From Eledone cirrhosa (Eukaryota), in assembly GCA_964016885.1 (NCBI GenBank), contig OZ024743.1:122822001-122886000 (forward strand): a stretch of 64,000 bases of DNA. Direction: 5' to 3'. Of this stretch, positions 1-11,580 are shown piece after piece. Position 1 is the stretch's first letter, and the number at the start of each line of letters is the position of its first letter. A model generated the notes under the pieces. That model saw only the letters and a list, made by a program, of their open reading frames with translations, ran no database searches and was not told the DNA's origin. The position numbers were made by a program, and so were the translations under genes.

Positions 1-60
1 TGCTTTAATTTGGTGGCAGTTTGTATTTTCAGGTTCCATCAGTATTGCTTAGTGCCATCT
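1..60 (-). mobile_element. Short Dong/R4-like LINE fragment (restriction-like endonuclease, RLE, region), truncated by the window edge
   Basis: tgctttaatttggtggcagt... is similar to 762-805, which encodes the YWWDLNINTATKLKH RLE segment on the minus strand. Confidence 0.5.
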
Positions 61-66
61 GTCTCA

Positions 67-69
<3 letters not shown>

Positions 70-99
<30 letters not shown>

Positions 100-117
100 T
101 GTATGTATGTATGTATG

Positions 118-146
<29 letters not shown>
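70..146. repeat. (TATG)n microsatellite
   Basis: Direct reading. Confidence 0.97.
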
Positions 147-148
<2 letters not shown>

Positions 149-508
149 GGAAAACTGATATAACACCTGCAACCCTGATGGTATCCAATGATGTTGACTT
201 GTTCTTCTTTTTGGTAAATATCTTCTTGGTTAAGAGAGTGGGACTGGCTTTGTGCAGTGCCTTTTCTCACTATAAAAGCTTCACGGCACAGGTATTGCTT
301 TATATCTGGAGATCTTTCTGCACTTGTCGTCACATGGTACCATGGGCCCAACACTATGTGCCAGTAATTATCACAAGTGTAGTGTTTGTACCAGAGTTTT
401 CAAGTCGCTGGCTGGACTAAAAAGTCACACTCGTTCAGCGCATCGGTAGGGGTTCTCCTACATGGATATAAAGTAGTGGCCGTACTCGAAAACGAGTTGG
501 CAGCCACC
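147..508 (+). mobile_element. Non-autonomous retroposon, 5'-truncated copy, with RTE-like 5' region and (ATGT)n tail
   Basis: High identity to 61205-61543 (+) and about 47077-47445 (-); ends ...gagttggcagccacc followed by ATGTATGT. Confidence 0.75.
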
Positions 509-594
509 ATGTATGTATGTATGCATGTATGTGTGCATGAATGCACGAATGCATGTGTGTATGTATGTGCGTATGCATGTATTTATGCATGTTA

Positions 595-915
595 TTGAAT
601 TTGGAGACTTCCCAACTTAGCTATAATTTGCTTGACATTTTCACATTTGAAAATGGGACAATCTTAGCATTATCATCTTTAGACATAAAGTAGGTATCTG
701 ACTTCTACAGCAGAGCATGTCTTTTAATGTCTGGTCCCAAACAACAATATCAGACCGGTTGTGCTTTAATTTGGTGGCAGTGTTTATATTTAGGTCCCAC
801 CAGTAGTTCTTGGGGTTATCAGTTTTAATATATTCCTCCCTATTTGATTTTTTTTTCTGCTTCCGTAATGTATTCCAGATTGTCCTAGCTATCACATCAT
901 GTCTCTTGGGGAGTC
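595..915 (-). mobile_element. Dong/R4-like non-LTR retrotransposon RLE fragment
   Basis: ORF 641-895 and upstream codons give RHDVIARTIWN...YWWDLNINTATKLKHNRSDIVVWD, matching the RHD...NRPD-I-V-W-D motif of R2/R4-superfamily RLEs. Confidence 0.8.
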
Positions 916-999
916 ATTAAAGAGAAAAAATTATTTTAAGAATTTGTCAGAATTCTATGTCGGACGTTTGGTTTATCCCCTCTTTGGTCCCCTCTTTGG

Positions 1000-1785
1000 T
1001 CTGTGTAGTTTTTGTCTCAAGAATCAATGTAAAACCCCACCGTTTTGCTAGTGAATGCTACCACACTAAATTTGCTACTTATTACCCCTAAGAAGCTAAA
1101 TGTTGCACCAAATTTTGGACAGGCATTCGATACCAGCTACTAGTGGGTGTGGAACTTTGGCTAACTGTAATACTCCCATCCATATGGTATACTATCAAAC
1201 GATGTTGGTGGTCAAACCACACTACTGTCAAGTTCCTACGATTCTTTAATATTTTTTTTATTGGATCATTTTATTAATTAGTAGCTGCTCTGTACAACCC
1301 CACACCTCTATATTTCCTTCAGCTTGCTCAGGTGTTATAATGTTGTTGGCGACACAATGATCTCGAAAGAACAGATTGAGGTATCAAGTGTATAATTTAT
1401 ACATGAGTTCTAGTAGGATATTGGACGGGAATTCTTAACAAGGTCTTTTTGGCTATTTCGAAGGATGAAGAGAGTAGTGACAGTTGATAACTATTGGGAT
1501 ATTTCCAGTGTAGCTTTGATACTTTCTCCATACAACTGTATGAGATAGCACAGATAAAAGGTGAAATCCTTCAGCCAGTAACCTGTTAAGCTGTGTGGGC
1601 ATGGAGACTTCCTACTTGACATCTTCTGTAGTGCTGTTTCCAGTATTGCACTGTCTATTTCATATTGCTTTTACTGGACGAGCTGGCAATAATCCTACTC
1701 CAGTTCTTTTAGCCATACAGCTTATTTGTTGAATTCATCTCTTGTTTCCCATATAGATCTCCAGTAGATCACAACCTGATTTCAT
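1000..1785 (-). mobile_element. Highly degenerate LINE remnant, probably the RT region of the Dong/R4-like family
   Basis: Higher-complexity segment between Dong-like fragments and (TATG)n arrays; no intact frame, so the assignment is inferred from context. Confidence 0.35.
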
Positions 1786-1789
1786 GTAT

Positions 1790-1886
1790 ATGTGTATGTA
1801 TGTATGTATGTATGTATGTATGTATGTATGTATGTATGTATGTATGTATGTATGTATGTATGTATGTATGTATGTATGTATGTATG
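1790..1886. repeat. (TATG)n microsatellite, tail or target of the adjacent LINE
   Basis: Direct reading. Confidence 0.95.
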
Positions 1887-2512
1887 TTCTTCTGGTTTTA
1901 TAATTTCACAAAGTTTTACCAATAGAGAGAGAATCGGTTTGTAACATAGACACAAGACTCTCTCATTGGAATTTACACAACATCAACTAGGTATGTATGT
2001 TTGCATGCATGCATGTGTAGATATGGATGTTATTGTATGTGTGGATGCGTATGTTTTGAGTTGTATGTGTGTATGTGTATATGCTTTGTATCTGTACATG
2101 TGTATATGAAGTTATTAGATGCAACATTTTTGGAATGTTTTACATATTTTTACTGTTCCATTAATGGAGTGTACTTGTAATTTCCTAACTAGTTGTGTTC
2201 TTTCTGTTCCTGTGAAGCCTAGCTTCTCAAGATTTGTATTGAGGCAGTTACTAACATACCCCAGTGCCCCAATAATCACAGGCATAAATCTGAAGGTGTA
2301 ATCAGGGTGGAGTATCTGCAGATTTCTCATCAGTTCTGCATAAATATTCTCCGTTTCACTAATCTTTGATATTATATTGGCATCTGCTGGGCAGCTAATT
2401 TCCACTACTGTGCATGTTTTCTTCTCCCTGTCCCATATCATAGCATCTGGTCTGTTATGCCTGCATTTTATAGGGGTTTTTACTGGAACATTCCACCAGT
2501 ACTCTTTCATAT
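1887..2512 (-). mobile_element. Dong/R4-like LINE 3' end (RLE C-terminus plus 3' UTR), 5'-truncated
   Basis: ORF 2115-2591: EYWWNVPVKTPIKCRHNRPDAMIWDREKKTCTVVEISCP...PVIIGALG (PD-(D/E)xK RLE); 3' UTR shared with 48200-48425 and 60545-60775; (TATG)n on both sides. Confidence 0.9.
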
Positions 2513-3974
2513 TATGTATGTATGTATGTATGTATGTATGTATGTATGTATGTATGTATGTATGTATGAATGTACGTATATATACATGCATTCATGTATA
2601 CATGCATGTATATATGTATTTTTGTATGTATGTATGAATACATGTATGTATGTATGTTATTGAATTTAGGGACTTCACGATTTACTTATAATTTGCTTGA
2701 TATTTTCATATTTGAAAATAAACCAATCTTGGCATTATCTTTAGCCAAGGAAACTGCAGCAGCAACAACAATCGACACTATCTGGAAATCACTTATCTTT
2801 TATGTAAATAATATGGCTCAGATGTATATCAATATCTTTCCTGAAAATTATATTCAGAATGCATAACAGACTTTTCCTATTAAACTAGCTTTGTTCATAT
2901 TAATGGTACGTAACACTTCTATATAGGTTTTGTTGTTCGAAACAACTAATGTTTCCTTTAACTCAAACAATCGTATAGCGTTCTTTGTCTGTGACAATAT
3001 CAACAAATTTCTATTATTGATAATTTTTCATCTCTGCTCTCTGATCATTCAGTGTGAAGATAGTTCATTGTTTCTTATATAGTAGCACCAAAGGCAATAG
3101 GCATACATTTCCTCAAATCATAGATTATATCCGAGAATGAATAAAGCTTGGAATAACGGTTTATATCGGTACAGTTCTTTTCAGAAGAATAATATAAAAT
3201 TCATCGCTAACATTTAATAATTATAGAGGATTTTTAAACCAACGTATTGTTGAATGCTTTGGTTGCTTTTACACCCAATTGATTCTAATCGGTCAATAAA
3301 TAACACAAATAGAATCATCGATAAAACTTGAAATCCATCAGAGATTCCTTTTATAAATCAATAAACCCATTTCCATCAGCATTAGAGACCCTCAACTATT
3401 GAATATTTTTTTTATTGATATGACCACTTCATTCTCATCGATGTTCTAAATCAAAGCTTTTATTTTTACTTTGATATATTATATCTTTACAACTATCTTT
3501 CAATTCAATTTTTGTCATGAGTCGTCAATATATCTACTCACTCATTCAGTCGTTCTTTTTTTATCAAGATTAACTATGTAAAGTATCTGCAATGCGTTAG
3601 ATATTTTAGTTGCATTTCTTATCGTTGTAGATTCTCTCGATTTATCTATTTATTCGGTGTAAATAGCATCATTTCTAAACAACAAGAAAGGGAGTTCTAA
3701 CGCTATTAGATGGTTAACGCCTACATTAGGCTGTTACAGAATTACATCACTGTTTGTTAGAGTTAATATAATTTATTGCCGCCAAAGAGCTTCTTTCGAA
3801 AAGTTGAAAAGGTATGAGTTCACTACTACATTTAAATATGTAATTTACCCATCAATTGGCTGTTCCACTTTTCCAGGGATATATCTCTGACACATCATAG
3901 ACGATGATATAGTTTGTCAAAGGCATCAGTTGCTTTAGAGATTCGATAGACTATCTCATTTTCCAGGAATATAG

Positions 3975-6080
3975 AGCTACTCACCCTGCTGCCAAACTAA
4001 ATAAAGAAGTTCACATAATTCAGATCCTTGCTATTAACAGTGATGGGAAAATGGGGATGCCCGTACATCGTCTGTCCTTCAATATCTACTTTTTGGAGGC
4101 TGGTTGGCCTCTGTCTTGTTAATGCTGATTGTTAAACAAAATGCTTTCCAGGCAATTCGACAAAGACAATAAACGGTACCTGTAATTTCTCTGTAACCTG
4201 GAGAAGGGAGAAAATCATGTCATTAGTACCCCGACCTGTGCAAAAAACACATTGATCTTCAAGGTAGATATCATCAAAAATGTGGATGTAATTCTGTTGA
4301 GAATGACACGAGCAAGTTCATTACCAACAATACAGAAAAGGGAGATGCCGCGAGAGTTGCCACTGATAGATTTGTTTATCTTTGTTCTTGAAGAGATGGA
4401 TTATAGATGCATCTCTAAAGTCTTCAGGGACATGTTTGACCTTCCACATTTCCAGAAAAAGACGAAAAAGCTTACGAACCAGTTTTCAACCGCCATATTT
4501 GAACATTTTAGGTGGGATGCCATCTTTACCAGGAGCTTTATTGGATAACAGTTGTTTGATAGCGGCTTGTATCTCATTCAAGCTTGGGTGGGATGCTAAT
4601 TTGGGTATCTCCGGCCTTTGTGGAATACATGATATCACATCTTCATTAACGCTCGACACAGTATTTAAGACCTTTCCGAAGTTTTCCTTCCATCGAGAGA
4701 GTATCTCAGCTTTGTCTGTGTATAGGGTTATACCAGCAGAAGATAGAACTGCATTTGACCTACTCTCCCTCGGATCATACACCAACCTCAGATCGTTATA
4801 AAAGGCCCTTGGGTCCTTTGTAACTGCAACGTCTTATAGATCAGTTGTTTTAGCTTCCCACCAGGTATCCTTCATTTATCTATGTAAGTACTGTGTCTGC
4901 TACTTACAATCTTTATAGGTTTCTTTTAAGTTGTTGAGTTTTTATCTCCAATCCAGTGCCTGTGTAGGGTATGCATCTTGCTGATATGGTTCTGGACATT
5001 TGGGATGTTTTCATCAAACCAGTCCTAGTGTTTTCACATAGGAAATCCTAAGATTTCTACGGAGTCTGCATAGGTGGCATATTGGAGCGCTTTCCAGGAA
5101 GTCTCAATGTCATCAGAAACCCTGGACAGGGTAGAGGCATGAGTCAAGTTTTGCAGAAAGTTCCAGCTTCCTATCAGTGGATCTCAAAGCACCCGTATCG
5201 ATTTCGAGCGAGACATGTGGCATTTGAAGATGCTTTTTGTGGGGAAACATTGAATGAAACCTTACTGCGCAGAAGTGCACGATCCAAGTGATTTTGAAAT
5301 CTTTTAATTCATGCCTGAATGTTATAACATAGACAATCATGTTCGATTCCTTGGATCTAGGATGTTTTATAGTTTGCAGGTCGTTGAAAACAGCTATTTA
5401 TGATGCTAAGCTCAAATTCTTCACAGAATGAAAACGGCTTAAACCCATTTCAGTTCTTAGCTCCAACTCTATTAAATCCAAGGACATCAGGCCATGTTTG
5501 ATAGTCATTTCCAACTCTAGTATTGAAATCTCCCATTATGATGAACTTATTTTGAATTGAGCAGTGGAGACCATGATCATAAAATGTTATGACATCGTGC
5601 TGAGATGAATAAAGAATAGGGGCATAAGTGCTCACTAGTGTAACAGACGTGCTGTTTACTAGATCCAGTGAAAGAGTCATGATACAATCACTGACACCTT
5701 TATGGAATGATGATAGGGATCTAACAATGTCAGATCTAATGATAAAAGTAACACCATATTGGGATGAGTCAGGGAGTCGGTTTACACTTATCGCACAAAT
5801 ATCCATGTTATATCTGTTTAATTCATTGCAGATGAGGGCTGATCTTTGCTGCAGACATGAAATGCAGCCATCAAGTGTTCTCACATTCCAGGAACCAAAA
5901 TTTGAATTTGGTTTATTTCGGCCGCATATTTGGATAACCAGACAACCAGACAGCCGTAGTTTACTGCCAGGTTAAAAGAGTGAGCAAGTATTTCTCCTTT
6001 TATCGCCATTTCCCTGTATAGTGAAAGCAGTACTATGTCTAAAAAGACCTGCTTTGTCACTATCTGAGGATAGGGACAGC
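3975..6080 (-). mobile_element. Degenerate RTE-clade LINE (APE endonuclease and N-terminal RT region)
   Basis: 5450-5884: (W)NVRTL...RSALICNELNRYNMDICAIS...STYAP...IIMGDFNTRVG (APE); 4486-4785: PSLNEIQAAIKQLLSNKAPGKDGIPP; multiple stops and frameshifts. Confidence 0.88.
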
Positions 6081-6108
6081 ACAAATACACGCACGCACAC
6101 ACACACAT

Positions 6109-6139
<31 letters not shown>

Positions 6140-6523
6140 AATATAATATAAGATCAAAAGATGGTTAAAGGAGTTCCATGTATTTTATTATGCGCATTTC
6201 AAAAACAAACATCATCATGCAATATTATTTGTGTTTTCATCAGATAAAACAGGAGAACATGATATGAAGGCTAAAAAACACTTGTGGATAGTGCAGTTTT
6301 AAATCAACATATGAAAAGTGGTTTTAGATTGATGTGTGATATTGGGAAAAATATTTTATTTAGAGAGGGGGTGGGTGGAAAGGATGAAAAAGGGGAGGAG
6401 ATGAGAGGGAGAGATGGGTGATAGAGAGAAAGAGATAGTTTTTATAACTGAGAGAAGATATATTGTTTTACATATCCGATATCTGCATTGCTTTATTGTA
6501 CTACAATAAAACTCACCTCCTAC

Positions 6524-6582
<59 letters not shown>

Positions 6583-6587
<5 letters not shown>

Positions 6588-6710
6588 GAGGGTCGGTTGA
6601 AAGGTTCATAGGTTGATCAAGATACTTTCATGGAATGTGACCATATGAGGTTTAATTTTCAACATAGTCCCGTTTGTAGTCCACACAATTCATTAATCAG
6701 CGCTGGAAAC
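6583..6710. mobile_element. Tc1/mariner terminal fragment
   Basis: TA followed by cacgagggtcggttgaaaggttc resembles mariner-type termini; next to (TA)n; no partner TIR found. Confidence 0.45.
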
Positions 6711-7079
6711 CTCACAACTAGAGTACCCACAAAGAAAAAAGGGTTTAAGGCAGGTGAAGCGCTTGTCCGTAACATCAATCCACTTCAAAACTAGGAGTAA
6801 ATTGACATGGCAATAATGAGTGGTCAAAAAACTCGTAACCAATCCTACAAACATACACTGTAAACGTAACGTGAATTATAAATTCATATAGAGAATAGTT
6901 CTTAGTGATAACAACATCAAAAGCATGTCTGTCTTACATTTGGTATACATAACACGCTATCGATGTCATGTCATGGATTGTGTCATGTTATCACGAAGTA
7001 ACAATTGCACCTCAGAAATCTGTATTATTTCTAAAAGCATAATAAGAGAAGTTATGAAATCTGGCCTTCGTATTGTATG

Positions 7080-7173
<94 letters not shown>

Positions 7174-7311
7174 ATGTGTGTGTGTGTGTAAATATATATA
7201 TAGAGAGAGAGAAGATATATATATATGTAAATATATATATATGTGTATATATGTGTATATATATATATGTATGTATATATATGTAAATATATATATATGT
7301 GTATATATGTG

Positions 7312-7343
<32 letters not shown>

Positions 7344-7386
7344 TCTATATCTATATACATATATCTATATACATATATATACATTA

Positions 7387-7484
<98 letters not shown>

Positions 7485-7505
7485 GTATATAGATATATGT
7501 ATATA
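7080..7505. repeat. (TA)n / (TATG) compound microsatellite
   Basis: Direct reading. Confidence 0.95.
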
Positions 7506-7506
7506 C

Positions 7507-7760
7507 ATGTAACGAAGTAGTTGTGGTAAGGAACCAGATGAACCATAACGCACCAGAGTACTCAATACTTAGGGTAGTAGAGGGGGTAATAGGAAAATGT
7601 ATGACCCCGACGGCAGAGCTCAAGCCGTTTCGACGGCTATTTCTGGACTAAATTAGAATTTTTAGCCTGGCTATTTATTTACCAGGCTAAAAATTCTAAT
7701 TTAGTCCAGAAATAGCCGTCGAAACGGCTTGAGCTCTGCCGTCGGGGTCATACATTTTCC

Positions 7761-7762
<2 letters not shown>
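7507..7762. mobile_element. Fold-back element, family A (Penelope-like pLTR derivative) with the 3' half of a hammerhead
   Basis: Perfect 81-bp inverted arms 7590-7670 / 7682-7762; GAAA-cggc..gcc-GTC at 7721-7743; homologous to 49941-50108 and 53853-54028; (TA)n on both flanks. Confidence 0.75.
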
Positions 7763-7859
<97 letters not shown>

Positions 7860-7930
7860 ATATATATATATATGTATATATATATATGTATATATGTGTA
7901 TATATATATATGTGTGTGTGTGTGTGTATA

Positions 7931-7973
<43 letters not shown>

Positions 7974-7974
7974 G

Positions 7975-8005
<31 letters not shown>

Positions 8006-8147
8006 GTATATATATATGTGTATACATATATGTGTATATATATATATATATGTGTATATAAATGTATATATATGTGTGCATATATATATATATGTATATA
8101 TATATGTGTATATATATATGTATATATATGTGTGTGTATATATATGC

Positions 8148-8207
<60 letters not shown>

Positions 8208-8440
8208 GCATATATATACACACACACATATATATACATATATATACACATATATACATACATATATATATACACATATATATATACATATATATACACA
8301 TATTTATATATACAGACATATATATATATACATATAAATATACATATATATATACATATATATATACATATATATATACACACACATGTATATATATATA
8401 CATATATATATATACACACATATATATATATGCATATATA
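7763..8440. repeat. Long (TA)n/(TG)/(CA) compound microsatellite
   Basis: Direct reading. Confidence 0.95.
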
Positions 8441-8581
8441 ACCAAAGATTAATATGGTTCACTGATTACTAAATGAATATAGATTTACAATAGATAAAAG
8501 CACTCTACAAGGAAATTTTCTGGAGTTATTAATATTATTCAGAGTATTAATAAATGAAGACTTGCACATAATCAAAATATG

Positions 8582-8643
8582 TTTTATTATATATATTTCG
8601 AGGTACTGTGTTGTTTTTTTTAGTACGTCCTCGTCAGATAACA
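8582..8643 (-). ncRNA. Minimal type I hammerhead ribozyme
   Basis: Minus strand: tgttat CTGACGA ggacgtact...agtacctc GAAA tatat ATA ataaaa. Confidence 0.7.
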
Positions 8644-8764
8644 TACATGAATTGATGTATGACATACCTCAACGGTCTTGATGATTCAATTCCAGTATTG
8701 GCAGTCAATACTGGAATTGAACCATCAAGATCGTTAGATAAAATATCATACATCAATTCATGTA

Positions 8765-8825
8765 TTTTATCTGACGAGGACGTACTGAAAAAACAACACA
8801 GTGCCTCGAAATATATATAATAAAA
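8765..8825 (+). ncRNA. Minimal type I hammerhead ribozyme
   Basis: ttttat CTGACGA ggacgtactg...cagtgcctc GAAA tatat ATA ataaaa; 6-bp stem I, palindromic stem III, predicted cleavage after 8819. Confidence 0.75.
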
Positions 8826-8887
8826 CATATATTTTGATTATGTGAATATCTTCATTTATTAATATTCTGAATAATATTATACGTATA

Positions 8888-8984
8888 GGTTAACTTTGCC
8901 TTTCACCCTTACGGGTCGATAAAATAACGTACCAGTAATACTCTGGGTTAATTGCTGGCCTTGTGCCAAAAGTAGAAACAATTA
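8888..8984 (+). mobile_element. tRNA-derived SINE, 3' part
   Basis: ggttaactttgcctttcacccttacgggtcgataaaat...ggccttgtgccaaaagtagaaacaattat matches the full copies. Confidence 0.85.
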
Positions 8985-9077
8985 TATATATATATATACT
9001 ATATTATATTTAGAGATTAAACTCATAGTCGTTTACAATTAATCAGCTCAAAGAAAGAGGCATTTCTGAGCAATGAA

Positions 9078-9815
9078 ATACAAGTTATATATTAATATAT
9101 ATGATATACAAAATATATATATATACAAAACGTGTTTGTATTGTAAGAGACAAAGTTAGCTAGCATGAAATAAACTAATTAAAGTGAATACAATTCGTCT
9201 GTCTCGATATAAGTCAATAAAGACAAGCTTATATTGGCAAAAGCCGTGATTCCTGGACAAATTTAAATTTCAAAATCCAAACCCGCTCCGTAGATGAATT
9301 TGAACTTCGAAACCCAAATATGTTTCGCAACGATGGTACATGAATTGAAAAATAAAGAGAATCGAAATGGAATTGAAATAAAAAGTGAAATATCAAAATC
9401 TTCTGTGCTTATCAACAGGAATCCAGTAAAATTAGTACATTCCACCTTCAAAAATTTTGCAGGTCTGATTACACGTGGTGTAGCCAGCTATACTAGCCAT
9501 CCCGTATTCCCGGTGCTAGAAATAACAATCGTTTATACGGGATTAAAGATCAGCTCTCCAGTTAAGGAGCAATATACCATCGTTGCGAAACATATTTGGG
9601 TTTCGAAGTTCAAATTCATCTATGGAGCGGGTTTGGATTTTGAAATTTAAATTTGTCCAGGAATCACGGCTTTTGCCAATATAAGCTTGTCTTTATTGAC
9701 TTATATCGAGACAGACAAATTGTATTCACTTTAATTATTTCATGCTAGCTAACTTTGTCTCTTACAATACAAACACGTTTTGTGTTTATCATATATATTA
9801 ATATATAACTTGTAT
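9078..9815. mobile_element. Fold-back element with about 250-bp inverted arms around a probable Penelope endonuclease remnant
   Basis: Arms 9078-9338 / 9575-9815; spacer reads VHELKNKENRNGIEIKSEISKSS, weakly like the W-x-L-K...I-K-W-E-I region of the Penelope GIY-YIG C-terminus. Confidence 0.65.
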
Positions 9816-9823
9816 ATATATAT

Positions 9824-10043
9824 ATATTTATTAAAATAACAGATTAAAGTTTAAGCAAAGAATCGCTGCTTTCACCCTAAACGGCATCTTCTGAACACGT
9901 TAAGGGTGAAAGCACCGATTCTTTGCTTAAACTTTAATCTGTTATTTTAATAAATATTTGCTCTACGGTTCTTATATATTTGATATATATTTATCCTTAT
10001 CGAGCCCTCTTTGGATTTTAGTCTTCAAATTTATTATTATTAC
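9824..10043. mobile_element. Fold-back element, family C
   Basis: Arms 9824-9883 / 9898-9957 plus a unique tail; homologous to 54045-54281 in the opposite orientation; HHR-like CAGAAGA...GAAA core. Confidence 0.7.
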
Positions 10044-10075
10044 TATATATATATGTGTATATATATATATATATA

Positions 10076-10187
<112 letters not shown>

Positions 10188-10552
10188 CAGCTTATTTCAG
10201 TGTTTTTAGCAATATTTGTTTTTCTTAGATATTTCTTTTGTGTGTTCTCAATTTCACAACGATATAATTTCATTTAACGTATGTTTGTTTTCTACTTTGT
10301 ATCTTTACTTTAATTTAATTCCATTAAATAAAATATTGATCTAAGCAACAGTCAAAGGTTAAAAAAAGTGTTTAAATACTAAGAGATAAATAAGCTTGTT
10401 TACTGACAAGACTGTTATCAAGATATTAATTTAATGTTGCCTTGGATATATTGTTTGATCTTAAACAATGTGATAAGAAAAATATTGATGCTGACATTAC
10501 ATTGTGGCCATTTCAAATAGAATTACTTAATATTATATAGAAATATTTATTG

Positions 10553-10614
<62 letters not shown>

Positions 10615-10616
10615 AG

Positions 10617-10673
<57 letters not shown>

Positions 10674-10821
10674 GAGGGGGAGAGTGAGGGGTGTGGAAGG
10701 GGAGAGAGACATATATATATATAGAGAGAGGTTTGTGTGTATGTGTATGTGCCTATACATTTAAATTCTGAAAAAAGTGAAAGACAACTGACCACCTAGG
10801 GAAAGTATTTGTATGTATGTA

Positions 10822-10896
<75 letters not shown>

Positions 10897-11333
10897 CCTA
10901 ACCAACTTGCTGGACGAATGGAGGAATATCCTTCCCTGACAGGACGAAATGAGATCGCACCCTATCCATTATTTTCACCAAGCTGGCTTATAGATGTTAT
11001 CTTCCTCGTTGGTTTCTTGTTATCAGAACCCCTCTAAAGGAGATTGTATCTTAAATATGCAGGGTTAGTGTTTTTTTTATTCGACATGTTCAAGCTGCGA
11101 CAATATTAGTTAAATAACAAAAATACGTTCTTTCTATCATTTCGATCGCTTTCTTTTTTTACTCTCGACTGTCTTCTGCTTTCGCTTCTCTATCAAACAT
11201 ACTGATTTCTCTCTTTTTCTGTGTTACGACGAAGAACTATCGTTCGAAACATTGTTATTTTTACGTGAAACTAATATGCCATCATTGTACTGTATTGTTC
11301 TCCTGTGAGCTTTTCCAAGTTGATCTTTCTTAT

Positions 11334-11379
<46 letters not shown>

Positions 11380-11402
11380 ATATATATGTATGTATGTTTA
11401 TT

Positions 11403-11580
11403 ATTGGCAGTATCGGTGGAGGGTCGGACATGCTTTCCAGCATAGTTACGTCCCTTTACGATCTGAGTTCAAATCCTGCCGAGGTTAACTTTGCCTTTCA
11501 TCCTTACGGGGTCGATAAAATAAAGTACCAGTAATGTACTGGTTAATTGCTGGCCTTGTGCCTAAAATAGAAACAATTAT
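11403..11580 (+). mobile_element. tRNA-derived SINE
   Basis: A-box-like tggcagtatcgg, B-box gagttcaaatcc, conserved gcctttcatccttacggggtcgataaaataaagtaccag core. Confidence 0.9.

Larger units (their letters stand above)
8441..8879. mobile_element. Fold-back element, family B, with a hammerhead ribozyme in each arm
   Basis: Inverted arms 8530-8700 / 8706-8879 (5-nt loop, several mismatches); related to 33944-34415. Confidence 0.8.

Noticed and set aside
7052-8452. Numerous YIYIYI / CVCVCV / HTHTHT ORFs here and throughout the window
   Set aside because: These are translations of (TA)n, (TG)n and (TATG)n microsatellites, which lack stop codons by composition
8530-9815. Inverted repeats as amplification or assembly chimeras
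   Set aside because: The arms carry substitutions and indels relative to each other, and the same families recur elsewhere with different breakpoints; only the perfect hairpins at 7590 and 54134 still need long-read confirmation
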